Shown: in pieces, positions 13,205-24,003 of the stretch | Position numbering within the stretch: position 1 is the first letter of the stretch | Layout: each line of letters opens with the position of its first letter | DNA from: Trichosphaerium sp. ATCC 40318 | Lineage: Eukaryota; Protista; Tubulinea | DNA length: 64,000 nucleotides | Assembly: GCA_038496445.1 (NCBI GenBank) | Contig: JALMLS010000598.1 | Span: 124,001 to 188,000, forward strand | Direction: 5' to 3' | Notes under the pieces: model-generated | Seen by the model: the letters and a program-made list of their open reading frames with translations, nothing else | Databases searched by the model: none | Told to the model about the DNA's origin: nothing | Program-made: the position numbers and the translations under genes

Positions 13205-13418
13205 GTTTTTTCCAAATTTTTCGAAAGATTCGATACAAAAACCGAATGCTTATACCCACCAATGGATCACTATATGTGAACGAAGGTCGGGTTCTAGTTC
13301 CGAGCACAGCGAGGACCCGACCGTAAGTGAACCAGGCGCTGTCTAGTTTAGTGGACTGCCCTAGCTATGCATCTTTCTACACTTTCGAATTTTTGTTTTC
13401 GGAAAATTCGGAAAAAAC
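13205..13418. mobile_element. Small non-autonomous element: imperfect terminal inverted repeats and a GC-rich internal hairpin
   Basis: ttttttccaaatttttcgaaagattcga versus tcgaatttttgttttcggaaaattcggaaaaaa; internal ggtcgggtt..gacccgacc stem; degenerate copy of the hairpin at ~17488-17542. Confidence 0.55.
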
Positions 13419-13643
13419 TATATCCCCCTTTTAATTGCTATTTCTTTTAGGTAAAGGGTATAGTAAAAAGAATGTACGACAACCAACTGTTGGTTTTTGA
13501 TGAGCACATTGTCACAACACAGAAGCAACTTGACTGTGTTTTATGGTAAGTTCAAAGAATCATTAAGTAATCAATCTGATTGAAAGTGGACATAAAAATT
13601 AGAATTCTACACACTTCAAAGCACGTCTTCATACAAACACTCA

Positions 13644-15165
13644 ATGCAACCTCAAAAATCCCGCAAATCCAATCCAATGAAAGGCCCACAGCCTAAAAAG
13701 GTACTGACTCTCACTTCGAAAGAGTACAAAACTCGGTTGGATCTAATGCATCACTCAGGTAAACCAAGAAGGTAATACTCCTGTTCGCTTGATAGATATT
13801 CCTGTCGAACTGTTTGAGGAGATAACAACACAAGATTTAACTGGTCAAATCAATCAGATATGGCCGGTGCTAAGTAAGTTCATGGCGGTTTCAACACGTT
13901 ATAAATACGAAAACCTACAAAAGAATGGGGACTTTGTAACGTTTCACGAGAACGGACAAACAAAAACGAAGTCCCTTTATCAGAATGATAACTTGCTTAA
14001 ACTTTTAAAGTGGTATCAGAACGGTCAACAACAAAGTCAAGTTGAGTTTGAGAATGGCTTAAAACACGGAGTATACATGGGATGGCACGAAAACGGGCAA
14101 TTGGCTGAACAGAGTAACTACGTGTCGGATGTTTTAAGAGGCGAGAGCAAGACCTGGTATGAAAACGGACAACTTAAGAAACATTGTACCTATGACTTAA
14201 ACGGAGATGTATGTGGAGAGCTTAAAGGATGGTTTGAGAACGGACAACTGAAAGTTCACACTTTTTATGTTGATTATAAAGTGAAACAGCATACGGTGTG
14301 GTACGAAAACGGACTATTGCATCACCAACACTTGCTGGGGAGCCTCAGACCACAAATAACGTTCTATTATGACAATGGCCAAATGGAGCGTCAGGTAAAC
14401 TATATCGGCAGCAGCTTTACCAAAGAAGGAGAAAATAGGAGCTGGTACAGGAGTGGACAACCGAAGGAGTTTTGTCACTATATCAATGGTAAATTACACG
14501 GAGAGTTTACAACATGGTATCAAAATGGCCGTCGGTCTATCCATTGCTTCTACAATAATGACGAATATGAAGGTGAGTACAGGGAGTGGCATGAAAATGG
14601 AAACTTAAAGCAAGAATATACTTATGTCAACGGAATGTGGCACGGAGTAGTGAAATTTTGGTATGCTTCCGGATGTCTAGAAAACCAACTATCTTATGTC
14701 AATGATGTAAGACACGGAAGATGCGAGTACTGGTTTGAAAATGGCCAGAAAGAGGAGCAATTTACTATGATCAATGATAAAGTTGGTGGAAAGCTGGAGA
14801 AATGGTTCAAAAACGGTCAAATGAAGACTCAAACCTCATATGTAAACGATGTTCAAGAAGGAGAGCATAGAGTATGGTATGAAAATGGGCGAGAACATAT
14901 TCATGCTAATTACAAGAACGGCAATCTTGAGGGCGAATTTAAGGAGTGGCATTCAAATGGTCAAATGAAACAGCATTCCAATTATAAGGACGGCAAGTTT
15001 GAGGGAGAATACAAAGAATGGCACAGAAATGGTCAAGCACTGAAACTATGTACCTTAGTGGATGGCAAGATAGAAGGCAAGTTTGTGGTTTGGCATTCAG
15101 ATGGTACTGAGCTCAAAGTTGGCACTTATGTAAATGGTGAGTTTAAAGAAATGCTTATAGACTAA
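13644..15165 (+). CDS. F-box-like + MORN repeat protein, copy 2; exons 13644-13700, 13759-15165
   Basis: Same exon 1 and intron layout as copy 1 (58-nt intron); LIDIPVELFEEI; 24-aa MORN_2 repeats. Confidence 0.88.
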
Positions 15166-15328
15166 ATGGCAACCAAATTCTCATGTACCACGCAACAATA
15201 AACAAGTACAATGATTTTCTGAAACCAACATAGTTTAAGTCATAATGACAGTATTTATCACTCTTTCAGACAATCATTAGAATAAAGAATTTATTGAGAA
15301 TTGTACTAAAAAAGTAGTAATATTACCG

Positions 15329-16823
15329 TTAGTAAATTAATCTTCCTAAAGAAAATTGCAAAAACAAGTTTGAGTAATCAACTGTATCAGCATTCAATTC
15401 CCAATGCACGATTGAGTGAGTACTCAAATTATCTAAATCAATTGTATGCAGGCTTTCTAGTGCATTAATGCCTTTGGCAGTCAAATGGACACAATTACTA
15501 ACACCAATTGTATGAACACCCATAAGCGCTTTAATCCCTTCATCTGTAACTGCAGTGCCAGCAAGGTTAATGGCATAAACACCTCCAAGTGCTTTGATAC
15601 CTTCATCTGTTACTGCAGTACGAGAAATATCAATAGCATGAACACCTACAAGAGCTTTGACACCTTCATCTGTCACTGATGTATTGCCAAGGTGAATGGT
15701 ATGAACACCTGCAAGTGATTTAATACCTTCATCTGTCACTGATGTCCCATCAAGGTAGATAGTATGAACGCCTTTTAATACTTTAATACCTTCATCTGTG
15801 ACGGGAGTGTCTGTGAGGTAGATGGCATGAACGCCTGCTAGCAGCTTGACTCCTTTATTTGTAACTGAAGTTCCCTCAAGGTCAATAGTATGGACACCTG
15901 CAAGAGCTTTGATACCTTCATCTGTCACATTTTTGCACTTGTGAAGTTTTATCTCATGAACACCCTTGAGTGCTTTGATTCCATCATCTGATACAAATGT
16001 CCCAGAAAGTTCTATTGTGTGAACGCCACTCAATGCTGTTATACCTGTATCTGTCACATTTTTGCAAAGGTAAAGGCAAATGGAATGAACTCCAGCAAGT
16101 GCTTTTAGATCATTATCATTGATAACACTACTTATATCAAAATCTGCCATTCTACGTCTACGAAAGTTTGTATCAATGTTACGACACCCAGATAACAATG
16201 AAAATAAAGTATTATTTTCTACGTTCATGACAACAAGAGTGTTGTTCATGACACCTTTGTACTGTCGTATCTGTATGATATCTGGAATGTCATAAATGTA
16301 AATCTTTTTGTATCCAACCACTTGGTGGATAATGTCAGCCATCAAATGACACGATTGAGCAACATTGAACCTTGATTGTGCATCTGTATGATTTAGAATA
16401 GTTGCAATAACCTCTGGAGGAAAATCAATAATGTCAAGCACTTTGTTTGTCAAATATTGTCTTCTATTTTTAGTATTAGCTCACAAACTAAGATTATTTT
16501 GGTGCGTACTCTTTCATTTGCTTGGATTTTGGTAACGGGATGTTCTCTCGTTTAGCTTGTGAGATAGTTTCGATATGTTTTGGTGCATCTATGTCTATAG
16601 AATGTATTGTACGCTGTTTAGTAGCACTGGTGGCAGTATCCGTGTTTCCAAAGAGATGTTGATCAAGTTGTTGTATGAGGCGCTTGTTTGTCGTATTTAC
16701 AATGTTTTTGAGTTGTTTTATGAACGTTTCATGCTGTTTTGCAGTAATTTTACTGAATTCGTCATCATGCCTCTTGTGGTAGTATTTTATCGCTTGTTCA
16801 AATGATACAACACGGAAATCCAT
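15329..16823 (-). CDS. F-box + LRR protein, copy 2; exons 16823-16510, 16463-15329
   Basis: 314-nt exon 1 as in copy 1, in-frame splice, identical F-box region, fewer and divergent LRRs. Confidence 0.9.
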
Positions 16824-16924
16824 GATTTGGTGATGTTTGCAAGTGGCTAGAAACAAGTACACATTAAGTGACAAGTTCGATGTTCTTACTTAAGTTCGAT
16901 ATTGAAAAAAACGACTTTATGTAA

Positions 16925-17045
16925 CGCTAAGTGCTCACCAAGCAATCCAGGTCTGTAAGTATTTATCTGCCAATTTAGATACGTTAGATATGTTACGAAT
17001 ATCTGTACCAACGCCATACTCAATGAGCATTGCTTCCACACTGGA
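16925..17045 (-). pseudogene. Captured fragment of an endoglycoceramidase exon
   Basis: Aligns by eye with 6490-6605 (QCG..MLxEYG..VSKLADxYLQxWIAW plus splice donor). Confidence 0.75.
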
Positions 17046-17264
17046 TAGAAGTGGTCGTGTTCTGGTCCCGGCTCATCAATCTGTTAACCAACGGCTGGTA
17101 AACAACAACAAACAACAAAATCTGTAATCGGCAGTTTAAAAATATGAGATTTTGTTGGTGTTCTACCATGGCACCACATGCTTTATTAAAGTTCTCAATG
17201 CTCTCAATGGCTCCTAAATTTGTTTATGTTCAATAAAAAGATACAAAACCTAGAATCAAAAAGG

Positions 17265-17350
17265 TTGGACAATTGGAAGTTCATATTTCGGAAGAAGGTT
17301 TCAAAAAGTGGTACTGCAATGGACGTAAGTGGGTGGAAGCTATTAAAGAC
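17265..17350 (+). pseudogene. MORN-repeat remnant
   Basis: Reads GQLEVHISEEGFKKWYCNGRKWVEA. Confidence 0.5.
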
Positions 17351-17676
17351 GCGCAATAACGTTATGGCACCCACTAGCATCACTTTCAGTTAATTCAATC
17401 AATATCGTAACTTGACCACGGCTGCTGTTTCAATCAACGCTACGATTCACTTGTTCGTAACTACCATACCAGCAAAGGATGACATTTGTGAGGAAGGTCG
17501 GGTCTTGTTCCTCGTGAACCACCACCCAACCGAAAGCGAACAGAACTCTATGTTAGCTTGCATTCGCTGTCCTACACTCAAATTGTTTTAAACAAAGCTG
17601 AGAAGACAAGGAGTGATTTTCAAACACATAGAGGAGAAAAGTAGTTTGCAGAAGCTAGCATTTGCCTTATCACCAT

Positions 17677-17911
17677 TAGAGATGTTGCGATTATCTAGAT
17701 ACCTAGATATACTTTGCGAAAAATGGTGTGCTGTACCATACTGTGAAATATATCTACTGGCAGGACAGCGATACCAACTTTTGAACTAAAACCTAGAATG
17801 TACCTTGTTGAAATGTTTATTAAGATAATATGTAAGGTCAGAGGACAAGGAAGTGTTGGATGTGGTTCCCAAAAGTAGATATCCAGATAACTAGATAATC
17901 ACAACTCTCTA
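17677..17911. mobile_element. MITE-like element with ~45-bp imperfect TIRs
   Basis: Left tagagatgttgcgattatctagatacctagatatactttgcgaa; reverse complement of right end tagagagttgtgattatctagttatctggatatctacttttgggaa. Confidence 0.7.
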
Positions 17912-18925
17912 TTGTTGAGGCTGAATTGACGCGTGATAGAACTTGACTCCATTGAGTTTACAACCACTGAAGAGTGTGATGTTAAACTTTTATTCTCATT
18001 CTTCATACGGCCTTTAATGCTGCAATCTTCAAGAAAAAGAATACGAAGGTCGGTAATGGCGTGCTATATAACAACAACTTTACTTCTTGTAAGATAAAAT
18101 TTGTCACGAATTGGGTTTGAGAAACAATCACATGTTTGGAAATGCCACTTTCATTTCTGCAGGCAATAATTTATGTATCAGCTAGCGTCTGAAACAGTAT
18201 GAGTTTTGTAACAATAGGGACAGTGTAGTAAATAAGTAACATATTTAACTAGCCAATCGGTAACTACAAATAACAGATGCCTACACATCTGTACACTGTT
18301 TCTATAAATATTGTTGGATCACATGAGCGCTCCCTTGGACTTTTTCGCACGTTACGAAAACTCGTACGAAGTTTTGTTGTTTCAGGTCACGTGATATCAA
18401 TGGGCGTATTATTTCCATACACGTAACTAGAGTGTTCAATTTTACAGGTAGGAAGAATTGTACGAATTGTCTGGCGTGTATTGCGTTATGAACCCCATCA
18501 TACGATGTCCCATTTCTACAATATGGGCTGATGAACCTCTGTATCAACAAACTAGTCGAATTATCTGTACAAATGTAAAATTCTCTGAGTTCTAAAACAA
18601 AACACATTTTGAATGTCCCTTTTGAACAAAAGTGAGTCGATGAAGCTCTATATCGATAAACTACTCTAATTCTGTAAAATTCGCGGAGTTTCTTTTCAAC
18701 CCAAAGACTGACACATTTTATATGTGCTTCTTTTTGTGTCTTATTTTTTTTTTCTTTTATTCAAACATACCACGCCAATAACAACACTTGCATCACAAAA
18801 GGTTCAAAAAGAAGGTAAATAAGCATGTAATTTTAATTTTAAAATACCTTTAACGTAGAGCTTTTATTCTTCTTTCCCTCACCAAGAATCTCTTCAACAA
18901 GTCTAATTTTCTTCCCTAGTTAACA

Positions 18926-21900
18926 ATGGCAGCAGCGTTATACTGCAGTGTTACGATCGCTTTAGTCTTCTTTGTGTCGAGTTCCCTTTCCGATTCAAGC
19001 GCTTCTCCTGATATTATCTTCACTTGTAACGCTACAGCTACAAACTGGGGATGCCCTCCGACTGATTGGCAGAACGTAACAGTTACCGTAAATGGCGAGG
19101 AAGTGCAAGTACCAGACCGCTTAGTCTGTGAAACGATACCAGAACCACTCATGAGTTGGGCAACAAAGGCGGTCCGGACTGATAACTATAAGGTTTTCGT
19201 TGGCCCACAGGATAACCCACAGACCGAGTATGTGCCTGGGAGTATCCTCGAAGTAACCGTACTTACCACAAAGTACTGGTCAAAGTACAGAGGGTTGATG
19301 ATGTACGATCACTTTTATCTTTTGTCATCTTACGCTTTTGGTTCCCTCTACAAACGTAACCGACTAATAATGTTTTAAGGTACGCTGAAGATTCGAACAA
19401 CAATCACGTGGGAGAATGGAAGATACCTGATGATTTCCCACGTGCGTAAACACAAATTTAATTGCTTTTGTAGATAGATCTTTCGCTTTTTTCATCTTTT
19501 TGTATTGCAGTGCCTGCAACATGACCTTACACCTATGTTTAGCCACATTCCAGTTGCCTTGGGCGTCCGATCATCAAACTTGCGCTCATACGTTGATGCA
19601 CGCGACTGCTCAATTGAAGCCTTTGAGCTCGACTATTGCGTTTGTAGCTCCACCGAAGGGTACTGGAAAAATCACTTTCCGAGCACTCATAAAGAGCGGT
19701 GATGCCAACACAGGTGACTTTTGGTGGCCTAATATGGATGGTGACTTTACAATGACCGAATCAAGTGAATCACTTCCAACAAACACAGGATGGTTCCAAA
19801 CAGAGGTACTTTGCTAACAACTATTTATTTATTATCTTACTCTTTCAAAGCTTGGCCAATCTTGTACTGAGCGATGTGAGATGGAAAATCTTGAATGCGA
19901 CTTAGTATCTTTGGAGAGTATAAACAGTATTGATAAGATTAACTCCGAATTGAAAGTATCTGGCTTTTTATGCAAGAAACCCTTCCTCAGCGGATGTAGC
20001 GCTCTTGGTACAACACAAAGTACAGCAGGATTTTGTTACTATGACGATACAAGATGTGCTACTCAAGGCCGCTCTAATGATAGAGTAAGTTGTGATGCAA
20101 CGAGTACAAATGAAGAAGATGGGTATGTTTGCATCTTACTTTCTTCTTTGTTTTCTAACTTCTTCTCTAAGCATGCGCTTTTGTCGATGCTTGGATGCTA
20201 CCCTAGCACCAGTCTCACTAGATAACACTACTGTACCTTCCGACTATGGCGATCCAAACGACACATCTTCATCCTCCCGACCAATCATCTCCGTTTTGTT
20301 GCTATGCTTGTGCACATTCGGTATTGCTTTCTTCACATCCCAAAATGGTCGTACATCAGCTCCATTTATCCTTGGGCTATTACTCATCGCTATAATCCTA
20401 TTGCCTTCAGCTCACGGACACAACTGGCTAACAGGTGTTAGCCGATCACCACGTGCAAGCACAGAACAACCATGTCCACCTAAGAGTCAAGACGGACCTC
20501 ATGTTCAAGTTGGTCCTGGTCAAGAATTTGAACTAGAATTTGTTCAAGGTCACGCTGGCTTTTCTTACTTTGCGATTGTTAACAAGAAGAACGAGGATAA
20601 ATTAAAAGTCCACGGAAACTATCTTTTTGTGAAATACTTCAACGAAGCGCCTGCATCAGCAATCTCATCAATTCCCGTTTTTCACAGACGTTTTAAAAAC
20701 CGTGCTGCAACAGCGACAGACGACTTCTTAGGACCACAGATTCTCGAGACAGATCCTGCCTTTATACCTAGACCAGAAGCTTTTGGAGGATGGATAGCTG
20801 CCGCAAAGTTGTTTCCATACTTACCAGAGTATCGTCAAAACAATTACGCTGAATATGAACATCCAGATATGCCTTGGATTGAAGGTGTTTTCAGATCAAG
20901 ACATATCGTCAAGAGAACTCAAGATTCTGATGTTGTTAAGATTAAGATACCTGAGCACCTTGAAAAGGGAAGTTATATTATTCATTGGGTCTGGAATGGA
21001 TATCGTGACTGTATAGATGTTGAATATGTTGATCAACAAGTTGAGCATATTTACGGACTTAAACTAAACGGGACATCATACACGTGCGTTCTTCAAAATA
21101 TATAAATGTCAATTGTACTTATCAATTGTGCTTAGGCGTGTGGATCACTGTTTCTTCCCACAGTACAGAAGTGCAGGAAGTACGAACTTAACTTTAAAAC
21201 CATTTTCTAACAGTTTTTTTTTCAGCATGTACAAAAATCTACAATGACTTCTCTTACTGTGCTCGAACATGTGGTACAAACTGTTATGGTATCGCTGTTA
21301 TGCCTCTATCAGTTGCATCAACATACGCAGAAGAAGCTTCACTTGTTGATAGTGGTTGTTTTGAGAACTTCGATAACTTTACAGCAATTGAAAACCCTGA
21401 GGATATAAACGTTTGTTTCTCTGTACAAGCAAGAATACCGTCCGAAACCGTTGGAGAAACAGAGATAGTCTTTGAGGGTGATCCTGCCTATAGAGCCACA
21501 TGCTATGTGAAAGGAACTGGCCGTTTGTTTCTGGGATATGAACCAGATACAGAAAAAGAAATACCATGGAGACACGGAGATAAATGCATCGATTGCAACA
21601 CAAGAGAACTCAACAAAGACTTATCATTGTTCAACATACCAAACTGGCCGCTCTCTGAAGATTGTATAAACTGTGACCTTGAACCTGTAGTAGTTACCAA
21701 GCCAAAGGTACCTAAGTTAATCAACGAACAGTCCAGTATGGCTTGCAACGGAGCAAAGAACGTTTGGACTAAAGTGAACGGAGAGAACCATTACAGCTGT
21801 AATGGAACAAATAACGAAGTTTCTGCGCTATGTCATAAACAACTTAGATTCGATGGTCGACTAGAAAAAACTGATGCTTTCTTCCCTTCAGAGTGTGCTA

Positions 21901-22079
21901 TGGCTGCTAGCTTGGATCCTGAATGTACAGACAAGATCACAATGTTCGATCGCACCTTCGTTTACGGTGGTGTAACCGCTGGCCAGTGCTTTTGTCAGAC
22001 AAAGGTTGAATGCTGTAACGGTTGCTCACTGGTTGATAGAGGTGTTAACTATCACTCTTATGATCTTACAATGGTTTGA
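18926..22079 (+). CDS. Multi-exon polyprotein-like gene: signal peptide, Reeler domain, Cys-rich module, TM, internal signal peptide, His-brace LPMO-like domain, Cys-rich tail
   Basis: Reeler motifs YVPG..YRGLMMYAED..VGEW..H..FVAPPKGTGKITFRALI; two hydrophobic segments then SAHG|HNWL; GH at second-His position; KIPEHLEKGSYIIHWVWNGYRDCIDV; intron 20123-20171 joins the parts in frame. Confidence 0.8.
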
Positions 22080-22239
22080 AGTATTACAACAAACTAAAAT
22101 TACTAATAAAAACATTATCATTACCACCCGTCTTTATAAATTCTGTCTTAAAGTATTACAAAATCGTAATATACCGTTCCTTTAGATTTCGTAAATCTAA
22201 AGTTTTTGAAGGTAAGCAAAGCGACAATGTCAAAATTTT

Positions 22240-22475
22240 GCCATCGATATTTCTCACACTGCAATCGCTGATGAAGACATAAAATATCTACAAGGTGTTC
22301 ATATCATTGCTCTTGACCACACTCCAGTTACTGATGAAGGTATTAAAGAGCTAAATGGGTTCATACCATCAATGATCAGTGCTAGTGGTTGATGTGACAG
22401 ATGTTGGTGTTAGAGCGCTAAAAGGTCTTGATTCTATTACCTATGATCAAATTCAATCACAGATGAGACTGTAAA
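22240..22475 (+). pseudogene. Degenerate LRR fragment
   Basis: AIDISHTAIADEDIKYLQGVHIIALDHTPVTDEGIKELNG then frameshift; homologous to 985-1215. Confidence 0.8.
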
Positions 22476-22990
22476 CGGTATTAATAGAATAGAATATCTT
22501 AATGTTAAGACAGTATTAAATGGTTTTGGTAGTAGCGACAAACTACATCTTGAAGAACCTCAATATCTTTTCCCATCACGTGAATATTATCGTGAACAGC
22601 AAACCATTCTAATTGTAAGTTACAGCTAACACATCACGAGCTGAGAACTTAAACAGTAATTGTTATTATAAATTAGAGAAGTAACTTCTGGTTACACGAA
22701 CAACTTTCAGTTTTGCGTGTCGGCCTGTTTGAATGGACGCACAAACCGAAACCCTACCAAAGTGGATGTCCATACGCGGTTATATTTTAATACGATACAT
22801 AACACAACGCTAGTAAATCACATACTCTTAGAAAACTATACGCCAAGATAATCTAATAGATGATGGTATAGCATCGCCGTAGACATTTCAGGTGCAAAGT
22901 GAACTAGCGTTACGGATGCATCATGCATTTTGACCCAAAGAAAAAGTGTTCACTATCTTTTTTATTTTTTTCAACAAAAAACTTTCTCAC

Positions 22991-23702
22991 ATGCAGCTCT
23001 ACCTTATCGTATTACTTGTACTTTGTAGTCTCTACTGCTCATCTCAAGCATGTAGATGCGTACCACAGAGCGAAGAAGAGATATACTGCAAGAATAATGG
23101 TGTACTTCGCGTCAAAGTTTTATACGAATGGTTTGTCGATAACGATAGCTATGGCACTAGAACATTCCTTGCGGAGGTTATACAGATCTTCAAACACCCT
23201 CGCGAACCCGAATATGTTAACATTGTAACTGGGTAAGTTAGCCGTTTTTTGTGTCAAAAAATACTAATCACGTGATACAAAGCGTCGGCGGTCATGATTG
23301 TGGTTTTGACTTTAAGATTGGAAAGGTACGGAAATAACAGTTCCAGACATTACTCACCTCCTATCTATCTTGTAGGAGTATCTAATCGCTGGATGGGTTG
23401 CTAGGATAACACCAAACGAGATATCTGTATCCAGCTGTGATATGATTGGTTTCTGTAACGCCCCTTATCCAGACTTGGTCGATTGTGAGAACCCAAAACC
23501 TCTACCAGACCGTTGTGAACCATGCCCAGAGATTATACCTCAGTGTGATAAAAGCTGTATCAATTGTGTTATAACACCTCAAACTTGCACAAGTTGCGCT
23601 AGAGCCGATTGCTGTGACTATTTAAGATGTGTTTTTCACCCTCAGTGCACTGAAGGTTGCACTCAACGAGGTTGCTGTGGCAGTGTATGCGTTCCTAAAT
23701 AA
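22991..23702 (+). CDS. Secreted TIMP/NTR-domain protein with Cys-rich C-terminus
   Basis: Signal peptide ending SQA, mature N-terminus CRC (TIMP CxC), CGFDFKIGKEYLIAG, ISVSSC. Confidence 0.82.
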
Positions 23703-23750
23703 ATGTTCAGTTGTCCCTAAAACAATGTTCGTTCTAACACTGACGATACT

Positions 23751-23870
23751 GTTGAAGTTTAGTACGAGGTGTATTTCTGAAACTATAAAATAAATTATAC
23801 CAATAGTATAAAAATAGAAATAACACGTGGATATAGTGCGAAGAAAACAGAAAAGAGCTCTTTGCAATAA
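23751..23870. repeat. Dispersed non-coding repeat, copy B
   Basis: Similar to 651-840. Confidence 0.7.
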
Positions 23871-24003
23871 TGTTGCAGTTTGAGGATCGAAATTTGGGAC
23901 TTCAGAAAGGTGGTACGTAGCATATCTATTGACTTAATACAAAAGGTTTCATTCATTTGCCATTAACTGAATTATAGGCATTGTTGGAATAGCAAAAACA
24001 CTG

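Noticed and set aside
9922-15165. YwqK antitoxin / toxin-antitoxin system
   Set aside because: MORN_2 repeats attract this label generically; no adjacent toxin and the proteins carry F-box-like heads
9922-16823. Endogenous giant virus or bacterial contamination
   Set aside because: No capsid, packaging ATPase or other hallmark genes; each gene has a canonical spliceosomal intron and host-like composition
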